DNA of 47,940 nucleotides from Barthelona sp. PAP020 (taxonomy: Eukaryota). The notes below the pieces were generated by a model that did not search any database, was not told the origin of the DNA, and saw nothing but the letters and a program-made list of their open reading frames with translations. The position numbers were made by a program, and so were the translations under genes. Location of the stretch: the NCBI GenBank assembly GCA_040182905.1, contig JARQWU010000050.1:1-47940 (forward strand), in the 5' to 3' direction. Of the stretch, positions 18,131 through 28,301 are shown piece after piece. How positions within the stretch are numbered: the first letter of the stretch is position 1; every line of letters begins with the position of its first letter.

Positions 18131-19183
18131 ATGGAAATTCAGTCTTTGGTAGCTGTGATTCTTTCGGTTTTTTTTTGGGGAACAAATCAAGTTTTTAATA
18201 GATTTCCAGAGCTTGATAGTGTTCCATTTTATGTGATACATTTTTATAATACCCTGGGTAACTTCGCTGGCTTACCCATTTCTTTGCTTTTATCTTTGCG
18301 ATTCACCACAATTAGTGGACCTTTTGATTTTTTTGATGCTCCAGCAATAATTTCTGCAATTGTTTATCAAATTGTTGATTCGTTGAGTGTTTTTATTGTT
18401 AAAAATTTGGGACTGTGCAAAGGGATGTCTCTTTGGGCTGCTGGTACAATGATTTCATCAACAATTATTGGTCGGTTGAGAAATGAACCCTTATCAAAAC
18501 CTGTATATGTTCTTTTTGGAGGAACTGCATTGTGTGTCATAGGAGCATGTATTATATCAATGGTGAGACCAAAATTATATAATTCTGTGGAAGAAGACCC
18601 ATCTTCATCTGGTAAAGAATTAAAACCAATGCAAGAAATTACAATTACCGAAAACGTGGCAGTTGAACCTTCAGAAACTACATCTTCACCTGAAATTTCT
18701 CACAATGATGAAATGGAAAAAGAAAAATTTGTTCCCAATCCACTAAAAGGCTATATAGCGTTATTTTTTTTTTCTATTTTAAATTCTCTTATTTTTTTGC
18801 CCAGTATGTATTCTAAAGGCCCCATGGAATTTTTATGCACATTCTTTTTTTTCAATCCTCTATTTTCGTTTATATATCTGATTATTTTGTTTGTTTGGAA
18901 TAAGGAGCCTTTCAATTTTCGTTGGAATCTCAAAAAATGGCCCATTTTTTCAGGAGCTTGGTGGTGTGTTGCATTTATTGCTTCCCAATTTGCAATGAGT
19001 CCTAAATTATCAACCATGGGAATGTCTATTGGATTACCTTTGGTCAACACGCTTATCATAGTTTCTACTATTGCTGGTATTGTCTATTATCGGGAAATAC
19101 GTGGTATTGATATCTTTTTTGGTTTATTTGGAGTTTTAGTTATTTTAATTGGAGCTTTTGTCATGGCTTCAACGGCCACATAA
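18131..19183 (+). CDS. DMT-superfamily multi-pass transporter, TMEM144-like
   Basis: VAVILSVFFWGTNQV, IVKNLGLCKGMSLW, SGAWW, GIVYYREIRG; two hydrophobic halves separated by an acidic loop. First ATG at 18131. Confidence 0.75.
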   Translation: MEIQSLVAVILSVFFWGTNQVFNRFPELDSVPFYVIHFYNTLGNFAGLPISLLLSLRFTTISGPFDFFDAPAIISAIVYQIVDSLSVFIVKNLGLCKGMSLWAAGTMISSTIIGRLRNEPLSKPVYVLFGGTALCVIGACIISMVRPKLYNSVEEDPSSSGKELKPMQEITITENVAVEPSETTSSPEISHNDEMEKEKFVPNPLKGYIALFFFSILNSLIFLPSMYSKGPMEFLCTFFFFNPLFSFIYLIILFVWNKEPFNFRWNLKKWPIFSGAWWCVAFIASQFAMSPKLSTMGMSIGLPLVNTLIIVSTIAGIVYYREIRGIDIFFGLFGVLVILIGAFVMASTAT

Positions 19184-19406
19184 ACAAAATTAATTTTTTT
19201 TTTGATTTTGCTCAGAACTTTTCATTTTTGAAATATTTTTCCCCATGCTTTTTCACAAATCAAATATGCTTTCACATCTTTCACTGGAATAAACTACTTT
19301 TTTTTATTTGAGAATTCAATTTAATATCAAAAGAAAAAAATTCAAAGTTAAAGATTTATAAAGAAAAAACTGGATTCATTCTTCAACTCTATGTCAACTA
19401 AAATGA

Positions 19407-21362
19407 CTAAAAGAAATGTATAATCAAACAAAGAACACACAGATTCACAGGGATTAATTGAATAAATGATAAAAATATCAAAGGACATATTGGAGAAACA
19501 TAACTGGAAAAAACAATCACTAGTAATTGAACAATTTGGTTAGGGAATGCAATAACATAACCATAAAAATAGAATTGAATAAGGTGACCAATTAAAGGTA
19601 CCACAGAAAAAATGATAAGAGCAATGGAAGAAACATATGGTTTAACTGCTTTTCTGAAATACATTGTGATATTAAATGCGATAAATACGCTAGCAACAAT
19701 TGTTTCATGAATATGTTTGGACATGAAATTGTTGAAGAGATATTCAGGCAAAAAAATTTGGAATTTTTTCGGATATTCAAAAAAGAAAGCACAAAGAATG
19801 CCAACAAAAATGAATAAACATGAGTAAAAGAGTTTTGAACTGATTATTATCATAATAACAAAATTAAAAGCAAAATAAAAAGATATGGCTAAGATTGATA
19901 AACAACAAATCTCTAAAATTGTTAAATTTTCTTGAGAAAATAAAAATGTTAAGTAATAAATAGGTAACGAAGAGAATACGAGACAATAATATTTTGATAA
20001 TCGTTTATTAAATAATTTATATCTGTTTTGACCAATAAACATAAGCAAAAGAACCATATTTGCTAAAACACCATGATGATTCATAAGTATAAAACCAATG
20101 GTTTGTAAAATATTCAACTTAATCACCAAACAATGGATTTCTTCTTTTGTTCCTTCTTCTACTATTTCTTTGCCATCATATATATACTCATAATTGCCCA
20201 CTTTATTCAACTTTCCTTTCGTAGCAGAATAAATTTCTTCTTTCTTTATAATGTTTTGTTGTTGATTCAAATACAAAACATCAAAAACCATAAACCTGTC
20301 AAAAGGAATGTTCAATTGAACATTGGTCATATTTTCATTCAAATAGATGACTTGCTTAAAGTAAGGTTTCTTCATCATAAACTTTGTTAATTCAACCTTT
20401 TCAATTTTCTCTTCTGATGTTCCTTCCCTCTTCATGTTTAAGAAACCTTTAATAACGTCAGAATATTCAGATTTAGAATAACTTTGCAAATAAAACATCA
20501 TTTCATCAATTAATTTGACAATTTCGTTGCACCATAAAATATGTTGATGCTCCATAGTTAAATTCAAAAGATCAATACTATCAAATATAAGAGTATTATC
20601 AAAAACATCAGCAAAACATGTTGAATAACTTATAGTTTTATCAGCAATGCCACCACAAAAGTTAACACGAGTAACTTTGTTAGTGAACTTAAAAAATTCA
20701 ACCATTCTTTTGTCAAATTTAAATACAGGAATATTTGGAGTTGCTAATGTAATCACCAAAGATGCATTTATTCTATTAGCCACTCTCATAGAAATGATAC
20801 CACCCATTGAATGTCCCATCATTATCACTTCTTGTTCAGGTGGATAATTGTTCAAAATTTCTTTAATAACTTCAAAAATATATTCTTCCTGATAAAAAAG
20901 CATCTCACCTGACAATCCATTGATAGCTTCATCAAAATCAAAAGCATAAAAGTCATATTGCGTTAAATTATCATAATCAAACGACAAATGTGATAAATCA
21001 CTGTCAATAATAAAACTTTCCACATCTGAATCTGAATATTTTCTTAATTTTGGATGAGATACCATTCTTGCAGCTTCAGAAGCTAAACTACGAACTTGTA
21101 ATCCAGATCCTCGATTTCCAGGAACAAAAAAAATGGGTATACCTGAAGGTTTAGATCCCAAAGTATGATAAGTTTCATCTTCTCTATATAAAAACGTGGA
21201 GCAACCTTTCTTTTGTTTTGTTAAATATAAAGGAAACTTATAAGGGTTCATAAATGTCATAGAACATTTAGAATTCACTGGTTCATATGAAAATGTTTCA
21301 AAAACGACATAACTTAGGAAAATTACACTCAAGACTACTGTTGCAAACTTTAATACAAACAT
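19407..21362 (-). CDS. PGAP1: GPI inositol-deacylase (PGAP1/Bst1)
   Basis: N-terminal TM, CSMTFMNP, GIPIFFVPGNRGSGLQVRSLAS, lipase motif GHSMGG, HQHILWCNE, multi-TM C-terminus. Confidence 0.93.
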   Translation of the reverse strand: MFVLKFATVVLSVIFLSYVVFETFSYEPVNSKCSMTFMNPYKFPLYLTKQKKGCSTFLYREDETYHTLGSKPSGIPIFFVPGNRGSGLQVRSLASEAARMVSHPKLRKYSDSDVESFIIDSDLSHLSFDYDNLTQYDFYAFDFDEAINGLSGEMLFYQEEYIFEVIKEILNNYPPEQEVIMMGHSMGGIISMRVANRINASLVITLATPNIPVFKFDKRMVEFFKFTNKVTRVNFCGGIADKTISYSTCFADVFDNTLIFDSIDLLNLTMEHQHILWCNEIVKLIDEMMFYLQSYSKSEYSDVIKGFLNMKREGTSEEKIEKVELTKFMMKKPYFKQVIYLNENMTNVQLNIPFDRFMVFDVLYLNQQQNIIKKEEIYSATKGKLNKVGNYEYIYDGKEIVEEGTKEEIHCLVIKLNILQTIGFILMNHHGVLANMVLLLMFIGQNRYKLFNKRLSKYYCLVFSSLPIYYLTFLFSQENLTILEICCLSILAISFYFAFNFVIMIIISSKLFYSCLFIFVGILCAFFFEYPKKFQIFLPEYLFNNFMSKHIHETIVASVFIAFNITMYFRKAVKPYVSSIALIIFSVVPLIGHLIQFYFYGYVIAFPNQIVQLLVIVFSSYVSPICPLIFLSFIQLIPVNLCVLCLIIHFF

Positions 21363-21446
21363 AGTTTGTTGAAATTTGATATATCTTTCAAAAAAATCAG
21401 TAGGAGAATTTCGGTTCTTTTTTTATGTAATAAAAGAATTGAATTA

Positions 21447-22943
21447 ATGGCTGGTGCTAATATTAGTGGAACAATAACCCCATTTTCGGCATTTGCTTTG
21501 ATATTTAATTTGGTTGTAGGAATTGGAAGCATGACTTTGCCTTCACATTTTTTTGATGCTGGGCTTTTGCTATCAATTGTTTTTATATCATTTTTGTCTC
21601 TTATTTCATATATATCTGCTAGCTATGTTGTTGAATCCATGGCAATATGCAATGCTTTGAGTGTTTTTCAAAAGACACAAAAAAACAAAAAAAATTTATT
21701 TTCTTTCAAAGCCCAATCTGAATTCACAAATGAAAATGAAAATGAGAATATTTCTGATGGTGAAGAAGAAATTTTTGACATTGATAACGAAAAACAAAAT
21801 TCTCCATATGATTTACATGAAAAGTTTGAGTATTCCAGAATGGCAAACATGCTGTATGGTAAAAAGTTTCAAGTTTTTCACACTGTAATATTTGTTTTGT
21901 ATTTTTTAGGAGATTTAGCAATATACTCGGTTGGTGCTCCTCGCTCTTTTAAAACGTGGGATTGTTTCAAGGAATTTACCCTTTTTGGTATTGATTTTAG
22001 TGGTATGGGAGCAACTCGTGTTTTGTTAATTATTTTTGCTTGTATTGTACTTCCATTTGCAATGCTTGACATGAATAACACTCAAATCGTTCAAAGGATT
22101 ACTTTGGTTCTGAGAATAGGTGCTTTTTTCACAATGGTTGTAATTGGTTTAAAGAACTTTGTTGAACTGTGTTTTGCAGGTGAATATAAGTGGAGCAATA
22201 TCCCTCAAATGAACTTCCGTTCCATTCCTTTACTTTTAGGTCCTATGGTGTATTCCTTTATGTCTCATCATTCATTGCCATCCATGCTTACACCTGTCAA
22301 AGTCAATTCTAAAAGGATAGGTTGTTCAAAAGGTGAAAATATTAGAAAATTGTTAATTGGTGACTTTGTGCTCATTACTGTTTCTTATCTGTTGTTGTCA
22401 TCTTCAGCTTTATTGGCTTTCAGTGATCCTAAACTTCCTGATGTGTGCCCAATGACAAGCGGTACTGCATGTAAGATTCAAGAATTGTATTTTCAAAATT
22501 TTGCATCATTTTCTATTCGTCCCGTTGCTTTTTTTCTTGAAACTTTTCCTCTTATAGTATTTACAACTGTATGGCCTCTCATTGCAATCACATTGAAATC
22601 TAATATCAATCAGTTGTTACCACAATTAGGCAGCTGGGAAAAGTATCGTTCAATCATTTCCTTTTTGTTGGCAGTGATTCCTCCACTTGTTATTGCATTT
22701 TTTACAGACAATGTTGGATCTTTGGTGATGATTTCAGGAGGTTTTTGTGGTGTATTTATTCAATTTATATTTCCCACTTTATTTGTTCAAAGGGCAAGAA
22801 AATTAGCGAAAAAGGCAAATCTACCAAAAGAATTTAATAACACATATTTATCACCCTTTCAAGCGGATTTTTGGAACAAATTTATATTGACTTTTTCGTT
22901 TTTGATTATTCTTTCACAAATTTATAAGTTTTTTTGCAAATAA
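21447..22943 (+). CDS. TMEM104: Amino-acid transporter-family protein TMEM104 (SLC38A12-like)
   Basis: FALIFNLVVGIGSMTLP, SYVVESMAICNA, YFLGDLAIYSV, VYSFMSHHSLPSMLTPV, PLIAITLKSN, YLSPF. First ATG at 21447. Confidence 0.88.
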   Translation: MAGANISGTITPFSAFALIFNLVVGIGSMTLPSHFFDAGLLLSIVFISFLSLISYISASYVVESMAICNALSVFQKTQKNKKNLFSFKAQSEFTNENENENISDGEEEIFDIDNEKQNSPYDLHEKFEYSRMANMLYGKKFQVFHTVIFVLYFLGDLAIYSVGAPRSFKTWDCFKEFTLFGIDFSGMGATRVLLIIFACIVLPFAMLDMNNTQIVQRITLVLRIGAFFTMVVIGLKNFVELCFAGEYKWSNIPQMNFRSIPLLLGPMVYSFMSHHSLPSMLTPVKVNSKRIGCSKGENIRKLLIGDFVLITVSYLLLSSSALLAFSDPKLPDVCPMTSGTACKIQELYFQNFASFSIRPVAFFLETFPLIVFTTVWPLIAITLKSNINQLLPQLGSWEKYRSIISFLLAVIPPLVIAFFTDNVGSLVMISGGFCGVFIQFIFPTLFVQRARKLAKKANLPKEFNNTYLSPFQADFWNKFILTFSFLIILSQIYKFFCK

Positions 22944-23093
22944 ATCTTATGGGAAAAAAGTGAGATTTTGGCGTTTCCTTTGGAAACAATTTTAAAGGAT
23001 GGAAAATTCCCATGTTCACAAATTTGAGTATCATTGAAGAAAAAATGTAGTAAATTGTTGTGATCATTGGTTTTTTTTTGTCGAAAAATTCAT

Positions 23094-23969
23094 TCAAATG
23101 AGAGACAACAAAAAGACCACAATTTCATCATATCCTTCACTTTTGGCGATATTTAAGGCTTTATCTGAGATTTCTATCTTTTGATGACTGTATTGAACTA
23201 ACAACTTTATAATTTCAAAGTTTCCGAAATAACAAGATATTTCAAGAGGTTTACGTTCTCCTAAATTGACATTTACACCATATGTTAACAAAGCCTTCAC
23301 AATTGGCGCATTTTCATTTTCACAGGCAAGATATAACAGACTATTTCCATTAGAATCCATAATATCAAATGATTCAATGAAATTTTGAAAAACTTTCAGC
23401 ATTTCCATGTTGTTTTGCCGAACAACTTCACATAAAATGTGATCACCATTCATTAACGGAATGTTTGGATCTGCCCCTAAATTTAACAAAGCTAAGGCTG
23501 TTTTATTGAAGTTTTTAATGACAGAACCATGCAAAGGAGTTAATCCATCACTGAAATCCTTAATAGAACGTTTCGCATTAATATTAGCGCCATTCATGAT
23601 CAAATATTTAACTACCTCTGTATGACCTTTTTTACTGGCAATAAATAATGAAGTAGACTCATTATTATCCAAAATATCAATTTCGTCATTATTATATAAG
23701 GGTAATAACAATTTTAGGATCTCTATATGTCCTCTACAACAACAAGAATGAAGGGGCAACCTACCCCATCTTCCAGCTCTGACGTAAATATTCGGATTAA
23801 ATTTTAAACATTCTTTGATCAATTCAATATCACCGTTTTTAGCACCTATGTGAAGCTTTGTGTATCCTTTTTCGTCTATATCATTAACATTATCTTCAGA
23901 AATGTTCATTTTGAAATATTTGGGAATTTGGTTTCTTGAAAAACTTCTTTTCATTTTTATTTTTGTCAT
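23094..23969 (-). CDS. Ankyrin-repeat protein (about 7 divergent repeats); start codon uncertain
   Basis: GYTKLHIGAKNGDIELIK, GRLPLHSCCCRGHIEILKLLL, STSLFIASKKGHTEVVKYLIMNGANIN, GNSLLYLACENENAPIVKALLTYGVNVN. Lacks the C-terminal module of 1019-2509. Confidence 0.9.
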   Translation of the reverse strand: MTKIKMKRSFSRNQIPKYFKMNISEDNVNDIDEKGYTKLHIGAKNGDIELIKECLKFNPNIYVRAGRWGRLPLHSCCCRGHIEILKLLLPLYNNDEIDILDNNESTSLFIASKKGHTEVVKYLIMNGANINAKRSIKDFSDGLTPLHGSVIKNFNKTALALLNLGADPNIPLMNGDHILCEVVRQNNMEMLKVFQNFIESFDIMDSNGNSLLYLACENENAPIVKALLTYGVNVNLGERKPLEISCYFGNFEIIKLLVQYSHQKIEISDKALNIAKSEGYDEIVVFLLSLI

Positions 23970-23979
23970 TTAATTCAAT

Positions 23980-24704
23980 ATGATTGCAATTATTGGATTA
24001 GTCTTTTTAGCAGTGTTTGTTTTCTTATGGTATATGGGAGTATTTAGAAAAATTGAGATCAATGAATCATATGATTTTCCTGGTGGCTTAATTGCTTTTA
24101 AACCGTATGGATTTTTCTTTTGAATATTTTTAAACTAACTTTTTAAAGATTTGTTGGTCATCCTTCAACGATTTCAAAAACGATGGATGTTTTGTATGAA
24201 GAATTGATTGCAGTGAATTTGCCTGTACGATATGGTTTGGGAATTTATTTCACTAATCCTGCTGTCACACCAAAAGAAGAAAATTATGGAATTGCCGCAT
24301 GCACTTTTGATGAGACTTCAACAAATTTATCAGAAACTCTTTTGGAAAAAGGTTTTACCATCACAAGACTATCTCCTATTGAATCTTACAAATGCGATTT
24401 TCCTTTAAAAAACAAACTGAGTTTTATGTTTGCGGTTTTGAAAATATATGGAAAATTGGCCAAATTTATGAGTGCTAAGGAAAATGTTGAGATAGAGAGT
24501 TTGAATGAAAGACCTTCTTTTGAGTTATATACTGATAAGTTAATTTCTATTATGTTCCCTCATGATTCCCATACTTTTGATGATCTCAAAGAAATTGCTT
24601 TGAATTTTAAAGATAATTATTTTTCTGAAGATGCTGCATCTGATGATGATGATGATGATGATGTAGAAGAAGCGGAAGAAGAAGTTTCTGATCTTGATAA
24701 CTAG
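23980..24704 (+). CDS. TEX264: TEX264-like protein (N-terminal TM, GyrI-like domain); exons 23980-24104 and 24149-24704
   Basis: Exon 1 MIAIIGLVFLAVFVFLWYMGVFRKIEI...GLIAFK is missing from the ORF track and splices in frame to ORF 24183. GIYFTNPAVTP, GFTITRLSP, DFPLKNKLSFMFAVLKIY and PSFELY parallel TEX264 motifs (AVYYDNP..VP, GFK, FPY..LSI, PRLEIY). Confidence 0.82.
24105..24148 (+). other. Spliceosomal intron, 44 nt
   Basis: GTATGG...AAACTAAC TTTTTAAAG. Removal joins CC|A (Pro) and restores the frame into ORF 24183-24704. Confidence 0.88.
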
Positions 24705-24953
24705 GCATGAATTGGTTAATTTGGACAAATTTTGTGTAATAAATATGTGAAAATTTTAAATTTTTGTTTTTAACCGAAAAAAAAAAGCCCAAATTGAATG
24801 AAGAGGAAGATTTTCAAGCGAGAAATTGATCCAATAAAAATTAATAACAAATTTTGCAAAAATTTATTTGTTCAAAAAAAAAATACACAAAAATCATTAA
24901 TCATAAATTTAAAACTTGAGACCAATTATTCATACTCTTTTTGTTGATAACAT

Positions 24954-27900
24954 TTAATAAATGTTTGATAGCTCAGAAATATAATTAACCAATGACTTTC
25001 TATTGTATCCCAATGCAACACTAATGATTTCTTGTAATGTACTGTCCAATAACAAGAAGCTTTCAATAACACCTCCATCGATACAATTAATTCGTTCTAT
25101 TTCCATGTTAGAGTCCAAATTTACATAACTTCTTGCTTGCTCAATATCTACTTCACCAGGAAGAGGTTTCAATTCAAGGATCTTCTTTTCCAATTTTTCT
25201 AACAATGAGTATAACTGGGGTGATAATGATTTATAACAAAAGAAAGCTCCGGACTGTCCTGTCATAATGAATTGAGGCATAAAGGAAAAATCCTTCGTGA
25301 TTTGGATATCTGTTTGAAATTCTTGAGACAATCCCCCCTTTAATAACACATTTATAGAATCACCAGTGTAAAAACATGTTAAAAAATGAAGGTATGAATC
25401 AGCTTTTTGTTCTTTTAAAAATGCTAGATTTCCACCACCACATACAAAACAGGAATCTTTGGACACAGCTAGAATTGCTGTTGAAAATTGAGGATTTCTT
25501 CCTTTTAAACTCGGTGTCAACTCTCCACTTTCCAAAAAATCTAGAGCAGTAACACCACCCAACAGATCACTAATAAACAAACGATTATCAATCAAAGAAT
25601 AATCTTGTGGTTGTCTCACAGTACTTGTGGTTTCAATGACACTTAACCGAGGATATTCAGGAGTTCCCTTTAAAATGAATTGATCCGCATGGCCTGATGT
25701 CAATACAATAATTCGGTTTTCATGTGTTAAAAGTTGTGCAGGTACTTCTTTCAAAGTCTTACTTAATAATAAATTGAAACTACTGTCACCAATCCAATAA
25801 ATATGTAAGCTACCCGAATTGTCATTAAGCAAACCACAACCAACAATTAAAATATCAAAGCCAAAAGCTTTTGATTTGGTTAAACACATAGGGACATGGT
25901 TCGAGGGTAAATTAACTTCAAATTGCTGAAGCAAAGTTGCTGAATCAATCAACCTTAATGTACCACCAATTATATGTCCTTTGTTAAAATGAACAAAACC
26001 AATTATGGTCTGAAAATCTCCATTGACTGTTTTATAAGTACAAATAGGATTTGGAGTTGCATCAAAATGATTTGCATGAAAATTAACCTTCTTACTTAAT
26101 CTAATACGGGTAATATTCAAATGGTTTTGTTCAATTGTTGAAAGATAATCATTAAATGGGGTAAAAAACCCATCATAACAACTCGGTAATGATAACTGAA
26201 ACATTGTTTTTCCACTGATATTGATAAGATACGAATCAATCCCTAGCACAATCACATAGTTCTTCTTATACATAAGAATCTCAAAAATATGTGATACATT
26301 TGTAAATTCACGACTAATTTTCATATTTTCATATAAAGTTATTGTGTTATCAGAATTATAAGTGATAAACATGGAATCATCTATGGTTTTCATCAATAAA
26401 CAGATACGATCCTTCCTACAATCTAAATCTTCCATTGCTTTAACCATCGTATCATCACCATACATCTCAATTTCATAAATATCATGAATAAAATCAGCGA
26501 AAATCAACCGATCATCAATAATCGTTAAAGATGAAATGGAAGAACCAAATTCAATTGTCTTATCAATTGTATCTCCTTGTCCATACAGAATTGTGCCTGC
26601 TACAGTATACATACACCACACATTCTTGTGGAATACACCACCGACAACGTACATTTCATCACAACTATCTTTAAAATTTTCAACACTACCAAGATCCACC
26701 ACATATCCTTCATCCAACATATACAACCCACGTGTGGTTATCATCAGCCCATCTTTATGAGCTGTATGAATTATTTCCTCAGGGAGTTCCAAATTATCAA
26801 TGTATGTAATTGTTGGTGTCGATGTGGATGGATTTTCCTGATTTTGAGACAATTTAACCAGTTGATTCCCTTCAATACCAGAAAATATCACACCAATAAA
26901 ATCATTAACAGCAACTCCAGTGTTCTTTAACGTTGTTTGCATCGTATCTTCTGCACCTGTTTCCATATTTTTGACAAGTTTTTTCTTCTCAATACTTTTT
27001 AGATCAACAAGATGACTTTTCATTGCTTTATTCTTTAGTTCAATTTCATCCACCAAATCTACCGTTGGTCCAGTTCTAATTGATCGTAAACTTCCATTGA
27101 AAGTGTTACAAGCAGCTAAAATACTTCCATTAGGCAGTCTTTGCAAACCAGTAACAGGGCCAAAATTTTCAAATGTCATTAACTCTTCAACTTTGCTGCC
27201 AATTTTTAATAACTTAGAATCGTTAAACTTGGAAGCTAAAAACAACAAGGAAGGAGTAAGCATCGTCAAATCACTTCCCACAATACCTTCATAACATACA
27301 TCATATGTTATTCTGGTAGAACTGACGTTGAGATGCAACACCTCACCAGTTTGATTGACTCCAAAAAATGTTGCCTCATCTCGTATTGTACGACTAGGTA
27401 CTCTTTGAACAAGGCTATGAATAAATGAAGGAGCTGGTGAACTTAAAATACAATGTCCTGAAGAGATAACAAACGAATGAGTGTCTGAACAACAAAGCAC
27501 AGTTTCCTCATCTTTTCCTATCAACGTCATGGATAAATTTCGATTTATTATATTATCAAGTCTAATAATTGTTGGTTCCCAAAGACCGTATTTCAGAAAG
27601 GTGACAGTTTTGTTACTAAACATGTACAAACAAGATGAAGTGGCTAGCATTGCCATTACTTGACTATGACGAGGAATTCTTCGGGCAACTTCCAGCAATT
27701 TATGTTGATTTGTCAATGTGATATAAAATATAACATGTTGATATACATAAATGAACAAATGCTTACCAGTAGGATCAAGTGTTATTAATGGTTTATCCAC
27801 TAAAGGATAACCAACATACCTATCATGTCCTGATTTTGCACGGGTTGTTATAGAATAATCATTTTCAAATTCCAAAATAAAATAATTGTGTCTTTCAGTC

Positions 27901-28181
27901 ATCACAAATAATAGATCTTTTTTGGGTGTTGCAATTACCTCAGCAATTAAAAATCCTCCAATAATTGGAATTGAAGCAACCGGAATCAAAGTCTCATTGG
28001 TTGAAGAAGAAATTGTTTGTGTTTGTGATTGCTGTTGTTGTAACCGATAAATATCAATATGAGTGTGGCGACATAATAATAAATTCGTAATTTGTTTGTT
28101 ACATAAGTTTGCGGTGAAAGAATTAATAATAGCTGTTGATTTTACAACAGTAGATACATAACCATATCGAATTTGAGACAT
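24954..28181 (-). CDS. DDB1: DNA damage-binding protein 1 (CUL4 adaptor), divergent
   Basis: YGYVSTVVKSTAI...NLLLCRHTHIDIY, KDLLFVMTERHNYFILEF, LLFLASKFNDSKLL, FENFGPV, GSLRSIRTG, FYTGDSIN, CIDGGVIESFL. First ATG at 28181. Confidence 0.88.
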   Translation of the reverse strand: MSQIRYGYVSTVVKSTAIINSFTANLCNKQITNLLLCRHTHIDIYRLQQQQSQTQTISSSTNETLIPVASIPIIGGFLIAEVIATPKKDLLFVMTERHNYFILEFENDYSITTRAKSGHDRYVGYPLVDKPLITLDPTGKHLFIYVYQHVIFYITLTNQHKLLEVARRIPRHSQVMAMLATSSCLYMFSNKTVTFLKYGLWEPTIIRLDNIINRNLSMTLIGKDEETVLCCSDTHSFVISSGHCILSSPAPSFIHSLVQRVPSRTIRDEATFFGVNQTGEVLHLNVSSTRITYDVCYEGIVGSDLTMLTPSLLFLASKFNDSKLLKIGSKVEELMTFENFGPVTGLQRLPNGSILAACNTFNGSLRSIRTGPTVDLVDEIELKNKAMKSHLVDLKSIEKKKLVKNMETGAEDTMQTTLKNTGVAVNDFIGVIFSGIEGNQLVKLSQNQENPSTSTPTITYIDNLELPEEIIHTAHKDGLMITTRGLYMLDEGYVVDLGSVENFKDSCDEMYVVGGVFHKNVWCMYTVAGTILYGQGDTIDKTIEFGSSISSLTIIDDRLIFADFIHDIYEIEMYGDDTMVKAMEDLDCRKDRICLLMKTIDDSMFITYNSDNTITLYENMKISREFTNVSHIFEILMYKKNYVIVLGIDSYLINISGKTMFQLSLPSCYDGFFTPFNDYLSTIEQNHLNITRIRLSKKVNFHANHFDATPNPICTYKTVNGDFQTIIGFVHFNKGHIIGGTLRLIDSATLLQQFEVNLPSNHVPMCLTKSKAFGFDILIVGCGLLNDNSGSLHIYWIGDSSFNLLLSKTLKEVPAQLLTHENRIIVLTSGHADQFILKGTPEYPRLSVIETTSTVRQPQDYSLIDNRLFISDLLGGVTALDFLESGELTPSLKGRNPQFSTAILAVSKDSCFVCGGGNLAFLKEQKADSYLHFLTCFYTGDSINVLLKGGLSQEFQTDIQITKDFSFMPQFIMTGQSGAFFCYKSLSPQLYSLLEKLEKKILELKPLPGEVDIEQARSYVNLDSNMEIERINCIDGGVIESFLLLDSTLQEIISVALGYNRKSLVNYISELSNIY

Positions 28182-28301
28182 AATCAATAACTTATGACAG
28201 AAATGTGTAACTGTAAAGAATTGTATAAACAAGAAAACTTTTTTTTCCTATTCATTTCATCATTTTCAGATGATTTTTTGGGCGTTTGATAGTATTTATG
28301 T

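Noticed and set aside
23094..23969. Second ankyrin protein as a member of the module-bearing family
   Set aside because: It ends straight after the repeats with no LIEL/CWDL/NGGNM module, and its repeats are divergent rather than homogenised.
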